Shown here: positions 40,776 through 54,856 of the stretch, piece after piece | Numbering within the stretch: position 1 is the stretch's first letter | Layout: every line of letters begins with the position of its first letter | Source: Phoronis australis | Taxonomy: Eukaryota; Animalia; Phoronida | Assembly: GCA_002633005.1 (NCBI GenBank) | Contig: NMRA01000202.1 | Location: 1-64,000, forward strand | Reading direction: 5' to 3' | Length of the DNA stretch: 64,000 nucleotides | The notes under the pieces: generated by a model | Told to the model about the DNA's origin: nothing | What the model saw: the letters and a program-made list of their open reading frames with translations, nothing else | Database searches by the model: none | Program-made: the position numbers and the translations under genes

Positions 40776-42312
40776 TTGGAGTGTTCGTGAGTGCAAATGA
40801 TTTGAGAAGCCAGCAATGAATAAATCACTGCGTTACCGGCTTTAGGTGCAATAAAACTAATTTGACCGGACACCGAGGCCGTGTGAGCTCATGCTAATTT
40901 CGTGTTTGCTGGCAGAAACTGTTGTGAAACAACTCGATTTCCATCCCATGACCAGGTGTTAGGGGAATCTTTATTTACATTTACATTACTCAAATAATGA
41001 TTGTCAATGTACAATTTCTGTCCTGACGGTGCTGTGTCCAAAGCGGAACCTCAGAATTCGCAGCCACCGACGAGTAAGCAGATTTGCAGTTTCGTGGCTA
41101 ATTCACCAACATAACCAGGTGCACATTACTTTGGCTCACTAGTATAGTATTTTCTTGGCTGGAAGTTTAGTTTCCACTGAACTTTGGCTGGATTATGTTC
41201 GTGATGTCTGATCAGTTTCCGAGCCACTGGCGGGGATAACGAGTCAATTCGGCTGGCCGCGACCGGCCTGATCGGGCTCCGAGCCACTGGCCAGGCTAAC
41301 TAGCGTTTTGTGTTTAGAACTCAAAAAGTCGCAAGTCTAAACAACACAGATCTAGGTTCTCCTGTCTGTATCTCACGGAAAATACTTCGAAATTATCTCC
41401 GAACAGACCCCAAACTCCTGCTACGGACCCGAGTTATTGGCCTGCCAAACTTTGTAGGCTACAGTGTGTCCAAATACCAGTAAATCCGTAAGAGCGAAAT
41501 AACGCATTTTTATAACAACCTGTGTATTTTTAAGGGTTTTACATCGAAGTTTGATGATTTGTTGGTGTTAAACGATGACTCCAAGCGATAAGCTGACACC
41601 AGTAACCCGTGTTGTGAACTGCTGAACAGAATGCGTGTGAAACCGATGACGTAACTGGATAATTTCAACACCTCCGTCTGCGTCAGGTAACGCAACCGAA
41701 CGTGTCGTTATGGAGTGCAACTACTCAATCTAAATTGATGCATGGATATTCCAATGGCAGAATGCATCATGCATAAAAGAAAACAGTGTTGAGTAAAGGA
41801 GTTCATCAATTTAATGGAGTTGTGTGAAGTGTGACACTTGAATGAGTCTGTAGAGTGTCATTAATAAACATAAGTAAAGCAAAGAATTCATGATTCGTGC
41901 AACAAAACAAAATTAATGAATGGTATAATATCGGACGAATTAATAAACCCCCAAAAATATACCAAATCAATGTCAAAACGAATCCGTAAAATAAATCTAG
42001 CCATTTAGTGCAAGCAAAATGCACAAGTAAACGAATCTACTGAATTTGAAAATCAGTGGATAATCAAAGTGCGGCTAGAATATGTTTCAAAGAATTTATC
42101 TACAAAAAATTGTGATAAATAAACAGACGTGTTATGATTTGCTTAAAAGCGAAAAAAGGAAAGTAGGGATGGTGAATGAGTAGGGTACAAGCAATTGAAT
42201 AGGTGGCTGATTGTAACTTCAGCCCAAGGAATCATTATGATCAAACATGAATATCATGAAGTTGTAATCTGTTATTGATAAAGAAGAATGACAAGTGACT
42301 GAAGCTCCTTTT

Positions 42313-44948
42313 AATCGACCAATCAGAGACCTCCATTCAACCGACCAATCAGAGGCCTCCATTCAATTGACCAATCAGGGGCCTCCTTTCAATCGACCAA
42401 TCAGGGGCCTCGATTAAACCGGCCAATCAGAGGCCTTCATTCAATCGACCAATCAGGGGCCTCTATAAAACCGACCAATCAGAGGCCTCCTTTCAATCGA
42501 CCAATCAGAGGCCTCGATTAAACCGGCCAATCAGAGGCCTCCATTCAATTGACCAATCAGGGGCCTCTATAAAACCGACCAATCAGAGGCCTCCTTTCAA
42601 TCGACCAATCAGAGGCCTCGATTAAACCGGCCAATCAGAGGCCTCCATTCAATTGACCAATCAGGGGCCTCCTTTCAATCGACCAATCAGGGGCCTCGAT
42701 TAAACCGGCCAATCAGAGGCCTTCATTCAATCGACCAATCAGGGGCCTCTATAAAACCGACCAATCAGAGGCCTCCTTTCAATCGACCAATCAGAGGCCT
42801 CGATTAAACCGGCCAATCAGAGGCCTCCATTCAATTGACCAATCAGGGGCCTCCTTTCAATCGACCAATCAGGGGCCTCGATTAAACCGGCCAATCAGAG
42901 GCCTTCATTCAATCGACCAATCAGGGGCCTCTATAAAACCGACCAATCAGAGGCCTCCTTTCAATCGACCAATCAGAGGCCTCGATTAAACCGGCCAATC
43001 AGAGGCCTCCATTCAATTGACCAATCAGGGGCCTCCTTTCAATCGACCAATCAGGGGCCTCGATTAAACCGGCCAATCAGAGGCCTTCATTCAATCGACC
43101 AATCAGGGGCCTCTATAAAACCGACCAATCAGAGGCCTCCTTTCAATCGACCAATCAGAGGCCTCGATTAAACCGGCCAATCAGAGGCCTCCATTCAATT
43201 GACCAATCAGGGGCCTCCTTTCAATCGACCAATCAGGGGCCTCGATTAAACCGGCCAATCAGAGGCCTTCATTCAATCGACCAATCAGGGGCCTCTATAA
43301 AACCGACCAATCAGAGGCCTCCTTTCAATCGACCAATCAGAGGCCTCGATTAAACCGGCCAATCAGAGGCCTCCATTCAATTGACCAATCAGGGGCCTCC
43401 TTTCAATCGACCAATCAGGGGCCTCGATTAAACCGGCCAATCAGAGGCCTTCATTCAATCGACCAATCAGGGGCCTCTATAAAACCGACCAATCAGAGGC
43501 CTCCTTTCAATCGACCAATCAGAGGCCTCGATTAAACCGGCCAATCAGAGGCCTCCATTCAATTGACCAATCAGGGGCCTCCTTTCAATCGACCAATCAG
43601 GGGCCTCGATTAAACCGGCCAATCAGAGGCCTTCATTCAATCGACCAATCAGGGGCCTCTATAAAACCGACCAATCAGAGGCCTCCTTTCAATCGACCAA
43701 TCAGAGGCCTCGATTAAACCGGCCAATCAGAGGCCTCCATTCAATTGACCAATCAGGGGCCTCCTTTCAATCGACCAATCAGGGGCCTCGATTAAACCGG
43801 CCAATCAGAGGCCTTCATTCAATCGACCAATCAGGGGCCTCTATAAAACCGACCAATCAGAGGCCTCCTTTCAATCGACCAATCAGAGGCCTCGATTAAA
43901 CCGGCCAATCAGAGGCCTCCATTCAATTGACCAATCAGGGGCCTCCTTTCAATCGACCAATCAGGGGCCTCGATTAAACCGGCCAATCAGAGGCCTTCAT
44001 TCAATCGACCAATCAGGGGCCTCTATAAAACCGACCAATCAGAGGCCTCCTTTCAATCGACCAATCAGAGGCCTCGATTAAACCGGCCAATCAGAGGCCT
44101 CCATTCAATTGACCAATCAGGGGCCTCCTTTCAATCGACCAATCAGGGGCCTCGATTAAACCGGCCAATCAGAGGCCTTCATTCAATCGACCAATCAGGG
44201 GCCTCTATAAAACCGACCAATCAGAGGCCTCCTTTCAATCGACCAATCAGAGGCCTCGATTAAACCGGCCAATCAGAGGCCTCCATTCAATTGACCAATC
44301 AGGGGCCTCCTTTCAATCGACCAATCAGGGGCCTCGATTAAACCGGCCAATCAGAGGCCTTCATTCAATCGACCAATCAGGGGCCTCTATAAAACCGACC
44401 AATCAGAGGCCTCCTTTCAATCGACCAATCAGAGGCCTCGATTAAACCGGCCAATCAGAGGCCTCCATTCAATTGACCAATCAGGGGCCTCCTTTCAATC
44501 GACCAATCAGGGGCCTCGATTAAACCGGCCAATCAGAGGCCTTCATTCAATCGACCAATCAGGGGCCTCTATAAAACCGACCAATCAGAGGCCTCCTTTC
44601 AATCGACCAATCAGAGGCCTCGATTAAACCGGCCAATCAGAGGCCTCCATTCAATTGACCAATCAGGGGCCTCCTTTCAATCGACCAATCAGGGGCCTCG
44701 ATTAAACCGGCCAATCAGAGGCCTTCATTCAATCGACCAATCAGGGGCCTCTATAAAACCGACCAATCAGAGGCCTCCTTTCAATCGACCAATCAGAGGC
44801 CTCGATTAAACCGGCCAATCAGAGGCCTCCATTCAATTGACCAATCAGGGGCCTCCTTTCAATCGACCAATCAGGGGCCTCGATTAAACCGGCCAATCAG
44901 AGGCCTTCATTCAATCGACCAATCAGGGGCCTCTATAAAACCGACCAA
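42313..44948 (+). repeat. CCAAT-box satellite: ~101 monomers of 26 bp, mostly as a 7-mer 182-bp higher-order repeat
   Basis: Every monomer has the core GRCCAATCAGRGGCCT (one variant in the first). The marker ctctataaaa recurs every 182 bp from 42565 to 44931 (13 periods). The array ends at N44949. Confidence 0.98.
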
Positions 44949-44949
44949 N

Positions 44950-46374
44950 TATAGACCTCGTTGGTGAAATGAAAACTGACTTAGACCAGGGCCCGGTCTC
45001 TAATCTTTGTACTCGAAACGAACTCTAAACTATTTTTGGCAATTTCTCTGCTCCTTTTGTGCGAACTTAAGATAATTGATTATCAGTTAAACCACCTTTA
45101 TGAAATGCAGATTATCTTTAAACCTGGTCTAAGTCCAGTTTAAACCAGGTTTAACTTTAAACCACCTTTATGAATTCGGCCGTAATTGTCAGTGACAACA
45201 ATGAATTCCATTGTGGTACAATTGGTGATAAAATGAACTATCACTTGATGCAGCATAAAATGACTGTAAACCCAATAACATATTATGGATTCATTCATTA
45301 GTCAATTTCCAAGAGTTCATGAATTTTAATGTTTTATAGGTCTTTATTTCTTTATTCATTTCATGACACTCTACGGACTCATTCAATTGCCACATTTCAT
45401 GGGGCTCCAGTAATTTGATGAACTGTTCTTCCAAAACCTGGTCTAATTTTAGACCCGACTTGCATTTCACCAACATGGTTTAAGAATCTGAAAGCCTGGT
45501 TTTGCTAGACCAGGGAGCTGGTTCAGTAAAAGCAGGTTTAAAGTATCAAAGGCACCCCACTGTGTCGAGCTGGGTAAACCCAACAACGAAACTATTGAAG
45601 TGCTTCAATGAAACCTTGATCACGTGGGTATACAATGGCATGCACTAGTAGAATCAGTGCAGACATTTACGAAAAACATCTGGATCCGCCCCTGCTACCT
45701 TTGATCTAGTGTCATAGTAAAACTGAATGTTGAAAATAGTCCATTTTCACTCTAAAACTGCGTCGCAAATGCACTCCGCGGCATCATTCAGTTGTACCTA
45801 TACCATGCAAGTCTGACATATTTAACAGTTAAACCTGGGTCTGACCAAGTCTAAAGTTAAACATGGTTTAAGATCTTAATACAGGTCTAAAGAATATAGA
45901 CCTCGTTGGTGAAATGAAAACTGACTTAGACCAGGGCCCGGTCTCTAATCTTTGTACTCGAAACGAACTCTAAACTATTTTTGGCAATTTCTCTGCTCCT
46001 TTTGTGCGAACTTAAGATAATTGATTATCAGTTAAACCACCTTTATGAAATGCAGATTATCTTTAAACCTGGTCTAAGTCCAGTTTAAACCAGGTTTAAC
46101 TTTAAACCACCTTTATGAAATCGGCCGTAATTGTCAGTGACAACAATGAATTCCATTGTGGTACAATTGGTGATAAATGAACTATCACTTGATGCAGCAT
46201 AAAATGACTGTAAACCCAATAACATATTATGGATTCATTAATTAGTCAATTTCCAAGAGTTCATGAATTTTAATGTTTTATAGGTCTTTATTTCTTTATT
46301 CATTTCATGACACTCTACGGACTCATTCAATTGCCACATTTCATGGGGCTCCAGTAATTTGATGAACTGTTTTC
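44950..46374 (+). repeat. ~945-bp-period direct duplication (44950-45428 vs 45895-46372)
   Basis: Both copies start tatagacctcgttggtgaaatg and differ at a few positions; the first is cut by N44949. Confidence 0.85.
45433..46127 (-). mobile_element. Truncated PIF/Harbinger-like non-autonomous element rich in palindromic AAACCTGGTTTAA / CCTGGTCTAAG motifs
   Basis: Terminus (C)GGCCGATTTCATAAAGG follows TTA; a paralogous uninterrupted site is at 37038-37055. Only about 63 bp of the element remain in the left arm (38625-38687). Confidence 0.55.
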
Positions 46375-49113
46375 TTCAATGCATGATGCATTCAGCCATT
46401 CAAATATCGGTACATTCTTTGGAGGTGTTAAGACCATTTTGGTAACCAATGGTGTACACAAATCAAGTCGCCCCTTTGTGTTGGCCAGGCAAAATGATCC
46501 CTTAACTGCACTTTAACTTAAAAGTTAGTCTGTTTGTGAGATGTTAATATTCAGCCTGTTATTCAATTGCTTCCCTCCTTTTCAATCACCAAACCTTCCT
46601 TACATTTCACACATTCTAAACAAACCACATCTTCATGTCTTAACCACGTTTTCGCTTTGTACCTTGTAACAATTACTACGTTCACATTTTGTAACGTTCA
46701 ATAATTCAATGGGGTCATTCAACTCAATTTACACATGATCTAACAGCCTTTTGTACTGATGAGCTTTCTTGAACATGCGTGGAATGTTTTAAGCATTTTA
46801 TAGGTTTACTTTGGCCTTTTGCTTCCTCGCACTCTTCAGAATTACTTATTTTTACGGGGTCTGTCATGGTACACCATATATTTTAGGGGCTTATTAATTT
46901 GTCAGATATGAAACATTGTACCATTAATTTGTTCTGTTGCATGAATCTTTTTAGGAATCTAAAACTAAAATGCATTTGCTTTTCACAAAAGCAAAAATCG
47001 TTCACCTTTTAATCTTCTATTTCACGGCTCCAGACATAATGTTTTTGGCATCCAATTACATCTTTAAAAAGATTCTTTTGATAGCTGTATTTACTTGAAG
47101 ATTCATTAAATCATTGAATTTCAGTTTCATTCACTTGTACTTCAAAACTATTTATTCGATGCATTTCATGGCAGTACTAACCACATTTTTTCTTTATCCA
47201 TGACAGATCATGAATTTGTCAATTTTTGAGAGTTCATTTATTTTTAGTAATTTACTGGTTTTTATTTTGAGGTTCCTTTAATAACGCAATACAGACTCAT
47301 TCAAATGTCCCATTTCACACGACTTTATCAATTAATTCAATGCACTCAATTGTTCAGTTCATGATGCATTACTTAACTCTGCTTTCATTAAATTCTTTGG
47401 GGGTTTTAAAATACCTCTGATAAGGGATGGTGTACATAAATGAAGTCATCCATTTCGTTGTTCCATCATGTCATTCAGTTGTCCCATTTCACATGACTCC
47501 AATAATTCATTCCACTCATTTTTTTCAATTCATCAAGCATTACTGACTCCATTCAAATTTCACTATACTCTTTGGGAGTATAAAGATCACTTTGATATAT
47601 AGTGGTGTGCACAAATCAAGTCACCCATTTTGTTGTTCCACCATGTTCTACAATGATGGTTGGCGCAATTTAACAAAGAAAAACAAGTTGCTTTCCTCAG
47701 AAATTGGAAACACATTGTTAATTGTCAGTGAACCAATGAATGCTATAATTTTATTATTTGTGAAAAAGGAACCACCACTTGATGCAGCATAAAATAACTG
47801 TAAATGCAATTAAATGCTAGCAGAACACTTCTCCCATCACTTTACAAGCGAATATGTAGCTTTGAAAAAGAAAAAAATGCTGCATTGCCCATAAGCCTCA
47901 GGATGGTGAATGAACTATAGTTTTAGCCAGAACTGGGTTCGTCAGTTACCTTTAAGAATACAGTTGTGAAAAAGGCTATAGTTTTGATAGCCATGTTTGA
48001 TCAACATGTTCCCTTGGGATGAATTTAAAGTCAGTCAGATATTCAATTTGTTGTTCCCTGCTCATTCACCATCCCTACCTTCCTTTTTCACATGTTAAAC
48101 AAATTTTCACATCTCTGCTTATTTAGTTTATTTAATACATTTTCGATTTCAATTTTCTAACTCTTTGTAGGTTCACTTTCTTTATAAAATATTCTAGCTG
48201 CATTAATTCATTCACTTTTCATGAATTTGTTCATTCTAGAAATTTCAGAATTCAATAATTCAATGCATTTAATGGGTTAAATTATCATACTTCAGGACTC
48301 CATTAATTTGAAGCCATATTTCTTCAATCTTCTACCCTTTAAATTTTCATATATTTTTGGGGGGTATTATAACTGTAAACTCTACTTTGCTCACTAGACA
48401 ATGACAATGATAGTTATTGATTACTGCTTATATATAATTATGTTCATTCAACTCATTTTAGAGATTCATGAATTCATGAAATTCAGTTTTGTTCACTTGT
48501 TGCTCATTTTCTGTTTCTAGTTATATCATTAGATTCCCATGATAGTGCACTTTACAGATGGCTTAATGTATTGCTTTTGCGGATTTGTTTATTTTACGCA
48601 GCCCATAATCCTCATTATTCTCAACACTCATCCTAGACATACATCTCCTCTGATGTGTTCAGGTCTCATTTGTTATGTGTATGGTTGATTATAGGCATCT
48701 ATGCAACCCCGGACAGAGTGCAGAAGGTTGCGATTCTCCACGGATGTTGGATGAGCCTTGATGGTTGGACAGCCGATCGATGGTTAGGCATCAACATGGA
48801 AATAGTGAATTTTCAGATGCAAAAAGGCAATTCACCATGTTTGGGTATTCACCTCTGTGTAGATGGGCACTTACGTACAATGGATAGGATGCGTCAGTGC
48901 ACAGCATCAGGTGCATGGTTGATGCTGATGATGCATGATCCTTCAAGTGACATTCCTCAATGCATGAACAGTTGATATGCAAATACTCAATGGAACACAT
49001 TGAGATGCAGACAATCAGTGTTCAGAGACAAGACAGCAATCCTCAAAGCATGCAGTTGTTGAAATGCTTTGGCCAACATTGATGAGCAAATATTTAGGAA
49101 GTGGATGACAGAG

Positions 49114-52100
49114 AATGATCATTAATGCCTGGATAATCTTCGATGTGAGGCCGTTCGATATGCAAACAATTGAAGACAGGCATCATTGCAGAGACGATCC
49201 ACTTTTGGAAACCAGATAACAAGCAATCCTTCATGCACTAACAGTTGAGATGTACTGATCAGCAGACATGATTGCCTTCAACCTCTTGCAAACCAACTGT
49301 GCATCGATGCTTAGGATCAACCTCATAGATATCGATCTTTCACAAACTCGGAACATCTACATATTGAGGACTGCCATGTACTTTCTACCTACAAAACATG
49401 CGTCCATTGTCGCTTGACCTCAACTGTACCCATAGCAACTATCCACCCACCTGGACTGTCATTATGTGTACAATATATCAGCTGGATGCATATGCACCAT
49501 CTACCCACCTAGACAGTCAATATGCATACAACCAATGGCAGGCGTCAATGAACGTATGTTTAGAAGGTGGACAGTACATAGCTATCCTCAATGCATGGAT
49601 GTACTTAAACGAGTGATGATAGGTGTTGAAATGCATATCATTGTTGTGCAAACATCATACGACGATCCCAAAGCGTGGGCATTCCTCAAGGCATGGACGG
49701 TCGATATTCCTCAATACATGGATCCAACAGCTGCAGGCAGTTGATGCTAATCCTCGATGCGTGGCCCTTCCATGATAAAGAGTTGAACATGCGAACAGTT
49801 GATGGGATCTTGAAAACACCCATCTTTGAACCATCATTATATGGACAGTAGACTGTGATTCTACACGCATGGACGTCCCTCGATGTGCCAGTGGTCTGTA
49901 TGCAAATAGTAAATGGCAAAGACCAATGAGTGAAAACGCAGATTATGGATGGAAGACACAGATCCTGAGATGCATGGAAGTTTCTCCATAATTGTATTCC
50001 ATAATTTGTTACCAACTGAACTTATACACTGGAGTCAGTGGAAATCTCAGTTGCTGATTGAGTGCTGTGTTGACAATGTCGATTGCTAGCTCAAAATTAC
50101 CACGAGTCTTTGAGTCACCAGAAAATGGGTTTCCAGACAACTTCTGCATCAGGTGCACGCAAATACGTCGGGTGTGTGCTCCTCAGTTCATGGTTTGATT
50201 TTTGCAATGTTCTTGCCTAGTGATTTTGGATACCACATCTTGGGCACGTGGCGATGTATACGAGGGTGAGACTGATCGCTGCAACTAGTCATGAATTGAG
50301 CAACTTATTTGAGAAGACATTTGGCAGTACATGCTTTATGTGTAGTTTTGTCCACGGCTAAGTCAGTAGATTACTCAGTTTCAGTCAGTTTCATTTTTTC
50401 TGCTTCTGAACTGCTGAAAATGGTTGTGCAAATGATATGATCGGCATATAGACTCGTCCTTTTCATCTGGGTTTGCATATCCACTCAACATTTAATTACA
50501 TTATCATCGACATTTCAAGTCTGATTTGTGGAGGCACAGCTCCACAGACAGTCAATGGGGGGATTTCTGAGACTTGGTTTGTGGATACTAGATGTTTCAA
50601 GAGCTGATTATCATACATATATGTCATCCAATTTTTGTAACAACTGACTGATCTCATGTTACCCAAGATTTTTGGGACAGCTGTTTAATATATGGAGTGC
50701 TGTATCTCAGCGCCCCTCAACGGATCTTTCAGAAAATAATTAATATGACATTAATTTTGTCAAGCACTGCGTATTCCGTTGCTCAGTTAAATTTGCTGTT
50801 ATCCTTAGGTGCTACAGGTACCATTTTTTATAAAGTCGACATACAACTTGTTAATAGCTCTAGCTAAATTGTTTTCGGTTGGCACTGGACGTGAGATGAC
50901 CTGTGATGGCCATTTTTCGATGTCACTTTGCCGAGTTCTGTTCTGCAGCAATATTGGTATGATACTCATGCTGCAGATCACATTTTTCACCAAGACCATA
51001 ATAAACTTCACACTCAAGGTTTCTGTAATAGCTCAAGGCTGTTTTATTGTTGCATGATGGCGCCAGAGCATCCATTTCTCAGTTTGCTGCTTTGCGGAAC
51101 CATGGGCATTTTTTGAAATTTGAGGTGTGGCTGGATAACATCAACTGCTATCTGCAGTTCTACAGTCACTTTTTGTTATTGAGTTATTCGAGATTTTCCA
51201 CGGAGTCCTCATTTGATTGATTTCCTGCGCTGTATTTCCTGCTTTCCTTCGATACCAGTTACCTAAATTTGACAGGTGGACAATAGATCTCAAGTACCAT
51301 TTGCCATACGCATAACTTTTCTCTCATCAAGTTACTTTTCTCCTCTACTCCAGAATATAGCTGGCTAGATGACGGCTCTTTATTAAATAATTCCTCACTG
51401 CACATTTTCTTGTCTATCATAGTCGTGCTGCAGGACTTGTTTTACTCAGTAATTCGTTCTTGCATTTGACGTGTCATTAGTTTGGCACATTTTTCTGATG
51501 TTAGTTGGTTTTTACCAACATACAGGTATCTTTATGCATCGCTAACCACACTATTGTAGTGTTCATTACATAACATTTTGCCGTTTTACTTTGGCAGGTT
51601 CATTGACAAGTCATATACCAGTATTTCAATAATTGATAACTTTTTACAGAATTTCTAGTTCATCACACCCATCTTCACCGTTACATGGCTGTTTTAGCAG
51701 TTACTCAATTCACTTATCCATTCTTCTTTACTTTTTGCCAGTCATTTTACACACTGCAAATTCTTCAGTGACCATATGGTTTTATTTTTCTCATTTCATT
51801 GGTTCATCTCGTTCCTGCACTTTACGTTATGTATTACATGTTCATAAACCAGATGCTTTTAGAGAACTGTCATCAGCCAACTTTGTTTCGTTTCATCTCC
51901 TCGAATTCCCTTGTGGCNAATGATCATTAATGCCTGGATAATCTTCGATGTGAGGCCGTTCGATATGCAAACAATTGAAGACAGGCATCATTGCGCAGAG
52001 GACCCACTTTTGGAAACCAGATAACAAACGATCCTTCATGCACAAACAGTTGAGATGTACTGATCAGCAGACATGATCGCCTTCAACCTCTTGCAAACCA

Positions 52101-54737
52101 ACTGTGCATCGATGCCTAGGATCAACCTCATAGATATCGATCTTTCACAAACTCGGAACATCTACATATTGAGGACTGCCATGTACTTTCTACCTACAAA
52201 ACATGCGTCCATTGCCGCTTGACCTCAACTGTACCCATAGCAACTATCCACCCACCTGGACTGTCATTATGTGTACAATATATCAGCTGGATGCATATGG
52301 ACCATCTACCCACCTAGACAGTCAATATGCATACAACCAATGGCAGGCGTCAATGAACGTATGGTTAGAAGGTGGACGGTACATAGCTATCCTCAATGCA
52401 TGGATGTTCTTAAACGAGAGACTGACCGATATCCACACAATTTTGCAAACATCACATGATGATCCCAAAGCGTGGGCATTCCTCAAGGCATGGACAGTCG
52501 ATATTCCTCAATACATGGATCCAACAGCTGCAGGCAGTTGATGCTAATCCTCGATACGTGGCCCTTCCATGATAAAGAGTTGAACATGCGAACAGTTGAT
52601 GGAATCTTGAATGCACCCATCCTTGAACCATCATTATATGGACAGTAGACTGTGATTCTACACGCATGGAAGTCCCTTGATGTGGCAGTGGTGTGTATGC
52701 AAATAGTAAATGGCAAAGACCAATGAGTGAAAACGCAGATTATGGATGGAAGACACAGATCCTGAGATGCATGGAAGTTTCTCCATAATTTGTTACCAAC
52801 TGAACTTATACACTGGAGTCAGTGGAAATCTCAGTTGCTGAATGAGTGCTGTGTTGACAATGTCGATTGCTAGCTCAAAAATACCACGAGTTTTGAGTCA
52901 CCAGAAAATCGGTTTCCAGACAGCTTTTGCATCAGGTGCACTCGAATACGACGGGTGTTTGCTCCTCAGTTCATGGTTTGATTTTTGCAATGTTCTTGCC
53001 TTGTGATTTTCGTTACCACATCTTGGGCATGTGGCGATGTATACGAGGGTGAGACTGATCGCTGCAACTAGTCATGAATTGAGCGACTCATTTGAGAAGA
53101 CATTTGGCAGTACATGCTTTATGCGTAGTTTTGTCCACGGTTAAGTCAGTAGATTACTCAGTTTCAGTCAGTTTCATTTTTTCTGCTTCTGAACTGCTGA
53201 AAATGGTTGTGCAAATGATATGATCGGCATATAGACTCGTCCTTTTCATCTGGGTTTGCATATCCACTCAACATTTAATTACATTATCATCGACATTTCA
53301 AGTCTGATTTGTGGAGGCACAGCTCCACTGACAGTCAATGGAGGGATTTCTGAGACTTGGTTTGTGGATACTCGATGTTTCAAGAGCTGATTATCATACA
53401 CAGATGCCATCCAATTTTTGTAACAACTGACTGATCTCGTGTTACTCAAGATTTTTGGGACAGCTGTTTAATATATGGAGTGCTGTATCTCAGCGCCCCT
53501 CAACGGATCTTTCAGAAAATAATTAATATGATGATGACATTAATTTTGTCAAGCACTGCATATCCCGTTGCTCAATTAAATTTGCTGTTATCCTTAGGTG
53601 CTACAGGTCCCATTTTTATACAGTTGACATGCAACTTGTTAATAGCTCTAGCTAAATTGTTTTCGGTTGGCACTGGATGCGAGATGACCTGTGATGGCCA
53701 TTTTTCGATATGTCACTTTGCCGAGTTCTGTTCTGCAGCAATATTGGTATGATACTCATGCTCCAGATCACATTTTTCACCAACACCATAATAAACTTCA
53801 CACTCAAGGTTTCTGTAATAGCTCAAGGCTGTTTTATTGTTGCATGATGACGCCAGAGCATCCATTTCTCAGTTTGCTGCTTTGCGGAACCATGGGCATT
53901 TTTTGAAATTTGAGGTGTGGCTGGATAACATCAACTGTTATCTGCAGTTCTAGTCATTTTTTGTTCTTGAGTTATTCGAGATTTTCCACAGAGTCATCAT
54001 TTGATTGATTTCGTGTGCTGTATTTCCTGCTTTCCTTCGATACCAGTTACCTAAATTTGACAGGTGGACAATAGATCTCAAGTACCATTTGCCATACGCA
54101 TAACTTTTCTCTCATCAAGTTACTTTTCTCCTCTACTCCAGAATATAGCTGGCAAGATGACGGCTCTTTATTAAATAATTCCACACTGCACATTTTCTTG
54201 TCTATCATAGTCGTGCTACAGGACTTGTTTTACTCAGTAATTCGTTCTTGCATTTGACGTGTCATTAGTTTGGCACATTTTTCTGATGTTAGTTCAGGTT
54301 TTTACCAACATACAGGTATCTTTATGCATCGCTAACCACATTTTGAAACTTCAGTTTTATCTGTCACACTATTGTAGTGTTCATTACATAACATTTTGCC
54401 GTTTTACTTCGCCAGGTTCATTGACAAGTCATATACCAGTATTTCAATAATTGATAACTTTTTACAGAATTTCTAGTTCATCACACCCATCTTCATCGTT
54501 ACATGGCTGTTTTAGCAGTTACTCAATTCACTTATCCATTCTTCTTTACTTTTTGCCAGTCATTTTACACACTTTGCAAATTCTTCAGTGACCATATGGT
54601 TTTATTTTTCTCATTTCATTGGTTCATCTCGTTTCTGCACTTTACGTTATGTATTACATATTCATAAACCAGATGCTTTTAGAGAACTGTCATCAGCCAA
54701 CTTTGTTTCGTTTCATCTCCTTGAATTCCCTTGTGGC
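49114..54737 (+). repeat. 2.8-kb direct duplication (49114-51917 and 51919-54737) joined at N51918
   Basis: Both copies start aatgatcattaatgcctgg and reach gaattcccttgtggc; each has private indels. Confidence 0.9.
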
Positions 54738-54856
54738 AAAGAATTTCTCTTCAACCTTGAAACAGGCAAGACTTTAACCCAGGGAGTGATTATGAATTTG
54801 CCCTGGTATTTCCTCTGTTCATATTTTGATTCGTCTCACTTAACGGCTTCACTTAC

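Noticed and set aside
42313-44948. CRISPR array
   Set aside because: The variable parts are only a few bases and recur exactly every 7 monomers; there are no unique spacers, no cas genes, and the context is eukaryotic.
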